From positions 1 to 57,720 of the forward strand of contig JAGREB010000035.1 of NCBI GenBank assembly GCA_020446775.1: a stretch of DNA of 57,720 bases, read 5' to 3'. The translations under genes were made by a program, and so were the position numbers. This stretch comes from Paracoccaceae bacterium. Lineage in GTDB: Bacteria > Pseudomonadota > Alphaproteobacteria > Rhodospirillales > Rhodospirillaceae. Below, one piece after another: positions 26,771 to 35,788 of the stretch. The stretch's first letter is position 1, and every line of letters begins with the position of its first letter. The notes beneath the pieces are model-generated. The model did no database searches. It was not told the origin of the DNA and worked only from the letters and a program-made list of their open reading frames with translations.

Positions 26771-27877
26771 GTGCCAGATGGCGTCGATTTGAGACCACTC
26801 CCCCCTCTCGAAAACTTGGCAAGAGACTGGCAAGAGCTGGAATGCCGATCTTGCGGTTCGTTTTTTACCTCGTGGACGTGGATCGGCGCATGGCTCGACA
26901 CCGTCATACAAGAGCGCAACGCGGCGGCGAATCTTTCTTTGTTGACTGTGCGCGACGGGAAGCCGGTTGCGATGGCGATTCTCGGCCGTCGCAACGCGTG
27001 GACATGGCCGATTGGGCGCGAATTTGGGGCAGTGAATCAGATTGGCGACTCAGCGCTAGACGGCATTTGGATTGAATATAACGATTTGCTCGCCGCGACC
27101 GGGCACGAGAAGCATTCGCTTGACGCACTACTTCAGTATATCGCGGCAGATCGAACGCCCGGTGCGGTACAAATCCCAAAAGGAGTTCGGTGGGCGGGGC
27201 TGAGCGCCGCTAGCGTCGAGCGCATTCGCGCATTCGATTTGGCCTTCACCATTCGACGAGCGTCGAAATGCAGGTGGGTCAATCTTACTCAAGACCATGG
27301 CGACATCGATCTTTATCTTTCGCACTTGAGCAGCAACTCGCGGCAACAAATTCGCAGATCACTTCGCCTCCTATTCGGGGATAAACGGCCGAGGATCGAA
27401 CGCACCGTGCCCGAGACCCTTGCAAGCGATCTGCAAAAATTCAAGCAGATGCATGTCGATGCGTGGCGCAAACGTCGGGGCCATGACGGCGCTTACGCAA
27501 ATCCGTTGTTCGAAACGTTTCTTCATCGCCTTATATCTGCCGGTATCGCCAACGGTAGTGTCGAGCTTCTCAAGATCAACAGCGATTCTACCTTGGTCGG
27601 CATTCTGATCAATTTCATCTATCGCGGATCCGTATACGCATATCAGAGCGCATTTCAGTACTATGACGACAATCGAATAAAACCGGGAATTGCTTCACAC
27701 GCCGCAGCGATCGCAGATTTTGGCGCGAAGGGAATGGAGGCCTACCGCTTCATGGATGGGGCGGGACGCTACAAGGAATCCCTAGGTACAAATCAGGAAG
27801 TGCTCTATTGGGTTGATATAGCGAAACCAACTTTATTCACGAAATTGACATTTGCGATCGCGAACTGCCTCTCGTGA
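26771..27877 (+). CDS. CelD/BioF2-like GNAT-fold acyltransferase (FemAB-related)
   Basis: A 368-aa ORF with a GTG start. L..W.ELE....GSFFTSWTWIGAWL and the C-terminal YRFMDGAGRYKESLG resemble the CelD-like family. Confidence 0.6.
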   Translation: MPDGVDLRPLPPLENLARDWQELECRSCGSFFTSWTWIGAWLDTVIQERNAAANLSLLTVRDGKPVAMAILGRRNAWTWPIGREFGAVNQIGDSALDGIWIEYNDLLAATGHEKHSLDALLQYIAADRTPGAVQIPKGVRWAGLSAASVERIRAFDLAFTIRRASKCRWVNLTQDHGDIDLYLSHLSSNSRQQIRRSLRLLFGDKRPRIERTVPETLASDLQKFKQMHVDAWRKRRGHDGAYANPLFETFLHRLISAGIANGSVELLKINSDSTLVGILINFIYRGSVYAYQSAFQYYDDNRIKPGIASHAAAIADFGAKGMEAYRFMDGAGRYKESLGTNQEVLYWVDIAKPTLFTKLTFAIANCLS

Positions 27878-28100
27878 GATTAGATAAAAATGGAAGCATT
27901 ACTCTTCGTCCTTGCCAATCTCTTTCTCGGCGCCGTTATGATATGGGTCGTGATTGAGGACAGCAAAAAGGACAAAGGTGGCCACGCTGGATGGTTCGCC
28001 TTTCGCGAAGGAAACTCCGCAACTGACCAAAGATTTCAGGCCGGCGATAAAAAGCCATCTAAGCAAAATCGTAGAATTCGCGGGCACGGTTTACCCGGCC

Positions 28101-29990
28101 CTAGACCTCGATAATTTTCGTAACGATCCGTTCCGCAGCCGCGGCCGCGCTTTCCTGTATCGTATCGACATAAACGTCAGGCGCTTCGGGCCGCTCATAC
28201 GGACTATCGATGCCCGTGAAATTCTTGATTAGGCCGGCGCGGGCTTTTTTGTAGAGGCCCTTCACATCACGTCGCTCGGCCTCGGCAAGCGTGGCATCGA
28301 CAAAAACTTCAATGAACTCGCCTTCCGCCATCATCGCGCGCACCATCTGCCGCTCCGCGCGAAACGGCGAGATGAACGAGCACAACACGACCAGTCCGGC
28401 GTCGGCCATCAACTTCGCGACCTCGCCGATGCGGCGGATATTCTCGACCCGATCGGCGTCCGTGAAGCCTAGATCTTTGTTGAGTCCGTGGCGAACGTTG
28501 TCGCCATCGAGCAGATATGTGTGCAAACCGCGCGCGTGAAGTTTTTGTTCGACGAGATTGGCAACGGTCGATTTGCCGGCGCCCGACAGGCCCGTGAACC
28601 AAATGACCCGAGGCGCTTGGCCCTTGAGTGCGGCGCGCGCTCGGCGGTCAATCGAGGTCGGCTGCCAATGGATATTGTGCGATCGTCTCAATGCAAAATG
28701 AATCATTCCACCCGCGACGGTCGCATTCGTGATGCGGTCGACCAGGATAAAGCTGCCGAGGTCGCGGTTGACGTCATAAGGCTCGAACGCGATCGGTTGA
28801 TCGAGCGCGATATTGCAGACGCCGATATCGTTGAGCTTGCATGTTTTGGCGGCCAAATGCTCGAGCGTGTTGACGTTGACCAAAAACTTGAGATCGGTGA
28901 CATCCGCCGAAACGACCTTGGTTGCCGTCTTCAACCAATATTGGCGCCCCGGCAGCATTGGTTCGTCGCCGAGCCATATGATCGTCGTTTCAAATTGCTG
29001 TGCCACCTCCGGCGGGGCTTCGCTATCCACAATCACGTCGCCGCGCGAGCAATCGATTTCCCGGTCGAACGTAATGGCGACGGATTGGCCGGTGCCGGCA
29101 ACCGGCAAATCCCCGTCCATCGTCACAATACGCGCGACGAGTGCGTCTTGACCCGATGGCAGAACGCGGACTCGATTGCCCGGCGCGACTTGGCCTGCGA
29201 CAATTCGCCCGGTGAATCCGCGAAAAGAGAGACCGGGGCGGTTGACCCATTGCACCGGCATGCGGAACGGGGCCGTCGCGTCATCCGAGCGTATTTCGAC
29301 CGTTTCGAGATGGTCGAGCAAAGTCGGACCCGAGTACCATGGCATCGATGCTGATGTGCAGGCGACGTTGTCCCCGCGTAGGCCTGAAACAGGAATCGCC
29401 GTGACGTTGTTGAGTTCGATGCGATTGGCAAAGGCATCGAAGTCGGCCGCGATTTTATCAAAAATCTCCTGGGCAAAATCCATCAAGTCCATCTTGGTAA
29501 CCGCGAGAACAACATGGCGGATTCCCATGAGTGCGGCCAGATACGCATGACGACGCGTTTGCGTTTGCACGCCGTACCGTGCGTCGACGAGGATCACCGC
29601 CAATTCGACGTTCGACGCGGCGGTCGCCATGTTGCGCGTGTACTGTTCGTGGCCGGGCGTATCGGCGACGATGAATGAGCGCTTACCGGTCGTGAAATAT
29701 CGATATGCGACATCGATCGTGATGCCTTGTTCGCGCTCGGCCGCCAATCCATCGACCAACAAGGAAAAGTCGATGGCCTCGCCGGTCCCGGCCCCACCTG
29801 TTGTGATATCCGAAAGCTGATCTTCGAAAACAGCCTTGGTGTCGTAGAGCAGACGCCCGATCAACGTCGACTTGCCGTCATCGACTGAGCCACACGTCAT
29901 GAAACGCAAGCGGCTCTTTTCGGCGGGCGGCGAAGCCGATTTGGGCGACTGGGTATTCCAATGACCGCTTTCGGCGACTGGCGATACCAT
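28101..29990 (-). CDS. cysNC: bifunctional sulfate adenylyltransferase subunit 1 / adenylylsulfate kinase (CysN-CysC fusion, NodQ-type)
   Basis: GTPase G1 motif [16 protein letters not shown] and G3 motif DTPGHEQY, then the APS kinase P-loop [14 protein letters not shown] at 29990 lies 1 nt after the cysD stop. The ORF track start is 30047. Confidence 0.95.
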   Translation of the reverse strand: MVSPVAESGHWNTQSPKSASPPAEKSRLRFMTCGSVDDGKSTLIGRLLYDTKAVFEDQLSDITTGGAGTGEAIDFSLLVDGLAAEREQGITIDVAYRYFTTGKRSFIVADTPGHEQYTRNMATAASNVELAVILVDARYGVQTQTRRHAYLAALMGIRHVVLAVTKMDLMDFAQEIFDKIAADFDAFANRIELNNVTAIPVSGLRGDNVACTSASMPWYSGPTLLDHLETVEIRSDDATAPFRMPVQWVNRPGLSFRGFTGRIVAGQVAPGNRVRVLPSGQDALVARIVTMDGDLPVAGTGQSVAITFDREIDCSRGDVIVDSEAPPEVAQQFETTIIWLGDEPMLPGRQYWLKTATKVVSADVTDLKFLVNVNTLEHLAAKTCKLNDIGVCNIALDQPIAFEPYDVNRDLGSFILVDRITNATVAGGMIHFALRRSHNIHWQPTSIDRRARAALKGQAPRVIWFTGLSGAGKSTVANLVEQKLHARGLHTYLLDGDNVRHGLNKDLGFTDADRVENIRRIGEVAKLMADAGLVVLCSFISPFRAERQMVRAMMAEGEFIEVFVDATLAEAERRDVKGLYKKARAGLIKNFTGIDSPYERPEAPDVYVDTIQESAAAAAERIVTKIIEV

Positions 29991-29991
29991 C

Positions 29992-30915
29992 TTAGAAGTA
30001 ACCTTCTTGCTTTTTGCGCTCCATCGAGCCGGATTGATCGCGATCAATCACGCGGCCCTGGCGCTCGGATGATTTCGCTGCGAGCGTTTCTCGGATGACA
30101 GCATCAATCGTCGCAGCCGAACTTTCGATGGCCCCCGTCAGCGGATAGCAACCGAGCGTTCGGAAACGCACCGACTTCATGAACGGGCGTTCGCCTTGAT
30201 CCAGCGGCATGCGCTCGTCATCGACCATGATCCAGGCCCCGTCGCGGCGCACCACGGGACGTTCCGCCGCGAAATAGAGCGGAACGATTGGAATATTTTC
30301 GAACCGGATATATTGCCAAATGTCGATTTCCGTCCAATTGGACAGCGGAAAAACACGGATCGATTCACCTTTGCGGATTTTCGTATTGAAAAGTCGCCAA
30401 AGCTCGGGCCGCTGATTTTTCGGATCCCAGCGATGATGGGGGGTCCGAAACGAAAATATTCGCTCCTTGGCGCGGCTCCGCTCCTCGTCGCGTCGCGCGC
30501 CGCCCAACGCGGCATCGAAACCCCACTTTTCTAACGCCTGCTTCAACGCCTGCGTTTTCATGACGTCGGTGTGAACCGCAGACCCATGCGTAAATGGGCC
30601 GATCCCTTGCGCCAATCCGTCGGGGTTTGTGTGAATCAACAATTCCATCCCTGCTTCCTGGGCCATGCGATCACGGTGCGCGTACATGGCCCTGAACTTC
30701 CAGGTGGTATCAACGTGCAACAGGGGGAACGGCGGTGCGGCGGGATAAAAAGCTTTTTGGGCAAGGTGAAGCATGACCGCCGAGTCTTTGCCGATTGAAT
30801 ACATCATGACCGGCCGCGCCATCTCGGCAACGACCTCGCGCAAGATATAGATAGACTCCGCCTCAAGTTCCTTCAGGTGGGCGAGAGGCGCGAAAATGCG
30901 ATTGGACGGCGACAT
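29992..30915 (-). CDS. cysD: sulfate adenylyltransferase subunit 2
   Basis: [18 protein letters not shown]...[14 protein letters not shown] (PP-loop). The ORF track extends to 31119, but ATG at 30915 gives a normal CysD/NodP length of about 307 aa. Confidence 0.9.
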   Translation of the reverse strand: MSPSNRIFAPLAHLKELEAESIYILREVVAEMARPVMMYSIGKDSAVMLHLAQKAFYPAAPPFPLLHVDTTWKFRAMYAHRDRMAQEAGMELLIHTNPDGLAQGIGPFTHGSAVHTDVMKTQALKQALEKWGFDAALGGARRDEERSRAKERIFSFRTPHHRWDPKNQRPELWRLFNTKIRKGESIRVFPLSNWTEIDIWQYIRFENIPIVPLYFAAERPVVRRDGAWIMVDDERMPLDQGERPFMKSVRFRTLGCYPLTGAIESSAATIDAVIRETLAAKSSERQGRVIDRDQSGSMERKKQEGYF

Positions 30916-31259
30916 TTGGCGTGTCACGGGACGGTGGATTGGCCGTGTACTCAGCAACATGGGGGCTCGGCTCCGACTGCAGAGGAGCGCCGTGTAAAAC
31001 GTGACGCGCCCGCCGCAATGGGATTCGAGCCTCGGACCCGAAAGCAGCAGACCGTCGGCCCGTTTATTTGGCGAATTTGCGCCGAGAGAGAATAAAATTC
31101 TGTCGGTTTCGATTAGCACGCGCCTCCCTCATCCGTCCATGAACTGAAAAGAAAGCGCTGCTGATGTAAGAATCGATTGGCGTGTTCACCGAATCGTGTA
31201 GAAGCTATCTAAGCTCACACTGCTCATCCAATTTGGTTTTCGAGCCTGTCGCCTTTGGA

Positions 31260-32426
31260 ATGAAGATCCTTTACCACCATCGTACGCTGTCCAAGGACGG
31301 TCAGAACGTTCACATCGAGGAATTGATCGCGGCATTTCGCCGGGCTGGTCATGAGGTCGAAGTCGTCGGGCCGTCTAGCCACGCCAAATCGGAATTTGGT
31401 TCAGATGGCGGTACTTTGTCGCGTTTACGGCAGGCATTACCGCAATGGATTTCTGAAATCCTGGAGTTTGCGTATTCGCTGCTTGCGTTTGCGCGCCTGT
31501 ACCGCGCCGCGAAAGCTTTCAAGCCCGATTTCCTCTATGAGCGCCATAATCTATACCTGATGGCCGGGGCATGGCTGCGCCGCCTGACAGAATTGCCATA
31601 CATCTTGGAGGTCAATGCGCCGCTATACGACGAGCGGGCCGCAAACGGTCAAGCACGCCTCGGCGCCCTTGCCAGATGGACCGAAACTTCGGTTTGGAAA
31701 ACCGCCGATATAGCGCTGCCGGTGACCCAGGTTCTCGCGGATATTATGATGTCTGCCGGTACGCCGCGGGAACGCATTCTTGTCGTTCCCAATGGCATAA
31801 ATCCGGCCGAATTTGCGAACGGCACGCCAAAGCGCGACCTCAGGAGTGAATTGGGTGTCGCAGGAAGTATCGTTATCGGCTTCACCGGCTTCGTCCGAGC
31901 TTGGCACGGCCTTCCGGGCGTTGTGGATGCCATGGCGGATTTGGTGCCCGAAATCGACTGCAAGTTTTTGATTGTCGGCGACGGCCCTGCGGTGAGCGAT
32001 ATCAAACAGCGCGCAGCTGAGAAAAACATCGCCGATCGCGTTTTCATTACTGGAATTATCAAACGCGAGGACATGTCTGCATATGTTGCGGCTTTCGATA
32101 TTGCGATGCAGCCGCAGGCCACGCCTTATGCCTCGCCGCTCAAATTGTTCGAATATCTCGCCCTCGGCAAACCGGTGATCGCGCCGGACCAGCCAAATCT
32201 ACGCGAGATTTTGACGCACGAAGACAACGCGCTGTTGTTTGATCCCCATGACGACGCGTCGTTGGGCGTCGCGCTGACCCGTCTGCTGCGCGATCCCGAC
32301 CTCAGAGCGAGATTGGGAACGAGCGCGAAAGCGACGATCTCGCGGCGCGGCTTGACGTGGGATGACAACGCACGCCGCGTTGTCGAAAGAGCGGGTCGCC
32401 TGGTCGAAACCGGGACCGGCCGTTAA
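31260..32426 (+). CDS. glycosyltransferase family 4 (GT-B)
   Basis: MKILYHHRTLSKDGQNVHIEEL... and FLIVGDGP...ASPLKLFEYLALGKPVIAP. The ORF track start at 31182 is a 5' extension. Confidence 0.85.
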   Translation: MKILYHHRTLSKDGQNVHIEELIAAFRRAGHEVEVVGPSSHAKSEFGSDGGTLSRLRQALPQWISEILEFAYSLLAFARLYRAAKAFKPDFLYERHNLYLMAGAWLRRLTELPYILEVNAPLYDERAANGQARLGALARWTETSVWKTADIALPVTQVLADIMMSAGTPRERILVVPNGINPAEFANGTPKRDLRSELGVAGSIVIGFTGFVRAWHGLPGVVDAMADLVPEIDCKFLIVGDGPAVSDIKQRAAEKNIADRVFITGIIKREDMSAYVAAFDIAMQPQATPYASPLKLFEYLALGKPVIAPDQPNLREILTHEDNALLFDPHDDASLGVALTRLLRDPDLRARLGTSAKATISRRGLTWDDNARRVVERAGRLVETGTGR

Positions 32427-33397
32427 GCCGCCACCCTCAGATAGTGCACGCTGAACAGCTGTTGGGCGTCGACCCAGTAGTGGACCGGGGTATAGCCGGC
32501 CGAGGCGACCAGATCGCGAAAACCGTCAATGGTGTACTTGTATGAGTACTCGATGTGAATCCGCTCGCCCGACCTGACGCGGAAACCGCGGCCGGCCGCG
32601 TGAATGAGTTGGTCGACCTCGCTGCGCAAGAAGATTTCCATCCTGCCCCGTTCAGGAACGTAACCGGCATCGTGAACAAAGCGGGATACGTCGATATCAC
32701 CATCGAGTTCCCGATTGATGCGATGGAGAACATTGAGCGTGAATTCAGCAGTGATACCCTGGCTATCGTTGTAGGCCGCATTTAACAGCGACGGTTCTTT
32801 TTGCAGGTCGGCGCCGATCAGCAGATCGGAACGTGGGCCGCACAAGTGCCGCACACGTTCCAGGAACGCGACCGCTTCCGAATTCGTCATATTGCCGATG
32901 GTCGAGCCGGGAAAAAACGCGACCCGCTTGTCGTACCCGTCTTCGAGCACCTGTGGCAGATCGAAATTCGACGTGTAGTCGGCACAGACCGCGGCGACGG
33001 GGATCGACGGATGGGCCCGGGCAACCGTCTCCGCGGCGCTCTGCAGATGTTCGGCCGAAATATCGATTGGAACATAAGTTTTGGGGCTAACCAAAAGCTC
33101 GAGCAGCACGCGAATCTTGTCGCTCGACCCGCTGCCGAGCTCGACGATTTGAGCGCGCGGCCCGATCAGCGCAGCAATCTCCGCGGCGTTGTCGTCGAGA
33201 ATCCGCGTCTCGGTGCGCGTCGGATAATATTCCGGCAGTTCGCAGATTTTGTCGAACAGCGTCGAACCGGCAGCGTCGTACAGGTACCGGCAGGGGATCG
33301 ATTTCGGCGACGCCGACAGTCCGGAAATCACGGCCTGTTCGAAGCTTTCGACGACCGCCGGCGCCCGGTCGTAAAATTTCGCGGTTGCGTGCCTCAT
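32423..33397 (-). CDS. egtD: L-histidine N-alpha-methyltransferase (ergothioneine biosynthesis)
   Basis: LFDKICELPEYYPTRTE, VELGSGSSDKIRVLLE, YVPIDIS, FFPGSTIGN and LLIGADLQK..LLNAAYNDSQGITAEFTLN are EgtD (Methyltransf_33) signature blocks. Confidence 0.9.
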   Translation of the reverse strand: MRHATAKFYDRAPAVVESFEQAVISGLSASPKSIPCRYLYDAAGSTLFDKICELPEYYPTRTETRILDDNAAEIAALIGPRAQIVELGSGSSDKIRVLLELLVSPKTYVPIDISAEHLQSAAETVARAHPSIPVAAVCADYTSNFDLPQVLEDGYDKRVAFFPGSTIGNMTNSEAVAFLERVRHLCGPRSDLLIGADLQKEPSLLNAAYNDSQGITAEFTLNVLHRINRELDGDIDVSRFVHDAGYVPERGRMEIFLRSEVDQLIHAAGRGFRVRSGERIHIEYSYKYTIDGFRDLVASAGYTPVHYWVDAQQLFSVHYLRVAA

Positions 33398-34690
33398 TCA
33401 AACCTCCCGCGCCAAACGGATACCGCCAAAACACCATCGCGCGTGAGGCGGAAAGAAATTGCGATAAGTCGCACGCGCGTGACCGGGCGGCGTGATCGCG
33501 GCAGAACCACGCAGCACCACTTGATTCGACATGAACTTGCCGTTGTATTCGCCGACCGCTCCGGACGACGTTTTGAAGCCCGGATAAGGCAAGTAGGCGC
33601 TTGCCGTCCATTGCCAAACCTCGCCGAACAACTGACACAGGCGGTCACTCCCCTGCGCCGCTGCCGGGTGCACGGCGCATGGCCGGGCCGCATCGTCAGC
33701 CGCCCCCACGTTCACGGCCGCGTGTTCCCATTCGAATTCGGTCGGCAAACGCGCCCCGGCCCAGCGCGCGTAGGCGTCGGCCTCATAATGGCTGACGTTG
33801 ACGACAGGTTCGGCCGGATCGAGGGCGCGTTCACCGTGCAGGGTGAAGACCCGCGACCCGCCGTCTTCAGTTTCGCGCCAATACAGCGGCCCATGCCAAT
33901 TCTGCGATTGAACCGCCGCCCAGCCGTCCGAAAGCCACAGTTCGGGCCGCCGGTAACCGCCGTCGGCGATGAAATCGAGGTATTCCCCGCAGGTGACAAG
34001 CCGATCCATCAATGCAAATGGCTGCAACCAGACCGCATGACGCGGACATTCGTTGTCGAAGGCGAAACCCGCTCCGGCGTGACCGATTTCGCACTTGCCG
34101 CCGTCGAACGCGACATAGTTTGCGGCCGGGGTTTCGCGCGCCGCACGCGGTTGAGCGGCGCGATAGACCGGATTGAGCGGCGTTTGCGACAGGACATGTT
34201 TGATATCCATCAGGATCAATTCCTGATGCTGTTCCTCATGATGCAAGCCGAGCTCGATCAAGGACGCGGTCTTCGCCCACGCATCGCCGCTGGCCGTCCC
34301 GACAAACGCGATCAGCGCATCGTCGACGCTATCGCGATAGGCGACGACGTCAGCCACCGACGGCCGGGCGATCAGGCCGCGCTCCGGTCGGGGATGGCGC
34401 GCTCCGGCAGCCTCATAATACGAATTGAACAGGTAGCCGTAGTGCGGGTGAAACGGCCGCGCACCGCCATGGGGAATCAGCACAAACGTCTCGAAGAACC
34501 ATGTCGTGTGCGCCAGGTGCCACTTCGTCGGGCTGACGTCGGGCATCGACTGGATGGTCATGTCCTCAGGAATCAGACCATCCGTCAGCGAAACTGTCGC
34601 GGCACGAACGCGCTTTATCCGATCGATGAAAGCGGCCCGGTCGCCCGACACCGCCAACTTGCCGGCATCAGTCGCGGGTGAGCGCGGCAT
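33398..34690 (-). CDS. egtB: ergothioneine biosynthesis sulfoxide synthase EgtB (DinB_2 plus FGE-sulfatase domains)
   Basis: MPDVSPTKWHLAHTTWFFETF (DinB-like His motif), ELILMDIKH, and the C-terminal VWQWTASAYLPYPGF...LRGSAAITP (FGE-like domain). The stop abuts the egtD start. Confidence 0.9.
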   Translation of the reverse strand: MPRSPATDAGKLAVSGDRAAFIDRIKRVRAATVSLTDGLIPEDMTIQSMPDVSPTKWHLAHTTWFFETFVLIPHGGARPFHPHYGYLFNSYYEAAGARHPRPERGLIARPSVADVVAYRDSVDDALIAFVGTASGDAWAKTASLIELGLHHEEQHQELILMDIKHVLSQTPLNPVYRAAQPRAARETPAANYVAFDGGKCEIGHAGAGFAFDNECPRHAVWLQPFALMDRLVTCGEYLDFIADGGYRRPELWLSDGWAAVQSQNWHGPLYWRETEDGGSRVFTLHGERALDPAEPVVNVSHYEADAYARWAGARLPTEFEWEHAAVNVGAADDAARPCAVHPAAAQGSDRLCQLFGEVWQWTASAYLPYPGFKTSSGAVGEYNGKFMSNQVVLRGSAAITPPGHARATYRNFFPPHARWCFGGIRLAREV

Positions 34691-34865
34691 CGCACAGTCC
34701 GGATTCGCGCAAACGTCCGCCGTTTGCCCTCAAGGCATTGCGCGCCGATGCCTTGCGTTCCACATAAATCACGCGCCGAAGTCCCTCTGTGCAGTGCGAT
34801 TACCGAGGCGCCACGCTGAAGGATATGGGGACGACGGTCAAGTTTTGAAATTTTCCGGCACGTAC

Positions 34866-35621
34866 TCATTCGCCTCCGGCATGCACACCAGGATCGACGG
34901 CGTGAAAGATCTTGTTTGCGCAGTCAGGATTGCCAATACACTCGGCGGTCAATCGGCCCAGGCCGACGCGCGTGACAGCGCCAAATGCGGACTGATCTTC
35001 AGTCAGTTTAGCCCCATCCACGTCACCCGGCTTAGAATTGCGCAGCACGGCGTTGCGGATAATGGTGTAGGTGACACCGCTAGCCATTAAATGCTTTTCG
35101 CCGGCGTCCTTGGCCATCAAGGTCGGTTTCATGGCCTCCCAGCGCTCTTTCGGATAGACCGCCTGGCTGTCGCCGGCACCGACCGAACTGTGCAGGATGA
35201 CCTGCGAAACGCCCGTCGCGGCAGCGGCAGTGGAGATATTTTTCTCGCTGATGTCATAAAACTCGGGTCCCGAACGACCGCGCGCGAGCGCATCGACCGC
35301 CGCTTTGAACTTCGCCGCGGCAAATGCGGCGTTCACATCGCTTTCGTTGAGGACATCGCCCTCGACATAGGCGATATCGAGCCCGTCGAGGCGGGCATGG
35401 TCCGATGTCGGCCGCGCGAATACCGTTACGCCATGGCCGCCCGCGATCAAGGCTTTGGCGACTTCGGCGCCCAGTTTGCCCGTACCGCCAAAGACAAGCA
35501 CGTCACCGTCCATGGGTGCGCGCGCCCAAGCATTCACCGAAACGTGCTGCAAACCGAAAACCAACGCGGCACACAGGGCCACACGGCGCGTCAAACGAGG
35601 CATTGGCGGGACTCCCCTCAC
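34866..35621 (-). CDS. NAD(P)H-binding protein (NmrA/atypical SDR-like), possibly with a signal peptide
   Basis: VLVFGGTGKLGAEVAKALIAGGHGVTVFAR is a Rossmann GxxGxxG motif. The first 35 aa look like a signal peptide (..RRVALCAALVFGLQHVSVNAWA). ATG at 35513 (MDGDVLVFGG) is an alternative cytoplasmic start. Confidence 0.7.
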   Translation of the reverse strand: MRGVPPMPRLTRRVALCAALVFGLQHVSVNAWARAPMDGDVLVFGGTGKLGAEVAKALIAGGHGVTVFARPTSDHARLDGLDIAYVEGDVLNESDVNAAFAAAKFKAAVDALARGRSGPEFYDISEKNISTAAAATGVSQVILHSSVGAGDSQAVYPKERWEAMKPTLMAKDAGEKHLMASGVTYTIIRNAVLRNSKPGDVDGAKLTEDQSAFGAVTRVGLGRLTAECIGNPDCANKIFHAVDPGVHAGGE

Positions 35622-35788
35622 AAGATTGTTTCCAAGATCGCCGCAACACTAGCAGTCCGCGCGATATTGCTAAATCGAATCCAAGCGATTTGCTTGTTTT
35701 ACTCTCTTGAATGTGAAGGCGCGGGTTTTTGTTGCACATAGTCCCGGAAATCCGTCTGATACGCGCTCCATAGCAATGGGCGGACCAA

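Noticed and set aside
27890-28114. A small 74-aa ORF (MEALLFVLANLFLGAVMIWVVIEDSKKDKGG...) with one convincing TM-like helix, in the convergent gap between the CelD-like gene and cysNC.
   Set aside because: It has no Shine-Dalgarno-like sequence upstream. Its 3' end overlaps the cysNC 3' end, and the tail is low-complexity Lys/Arg/Gly/Pro. It could be a real small membrane protein, but sequence alone is insufficient support.
31021-31031. A tRNA T-arm-like string (GGCTCGAATCC on the minus strand) in the cysD upstream region.
   Set aside because: I could not build an acceptor stem, D-arm or anticodon arm around it. An isolated match to a short motif is not enough for a tRNA or tRNA fragment.
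32801-34681. A very long (626 aa) plus-strand ORF covering almost the whole egtD-egtB region.
   Set aside because: It is antisense to two genes with unmistakable EgtD and EgtB motif blocks. Its product is Arg/Gly/Ala/Pro-rich low-complexity sequence, typical of shadow ORFs in high-GC DNA, and it has no recognisable motifs.
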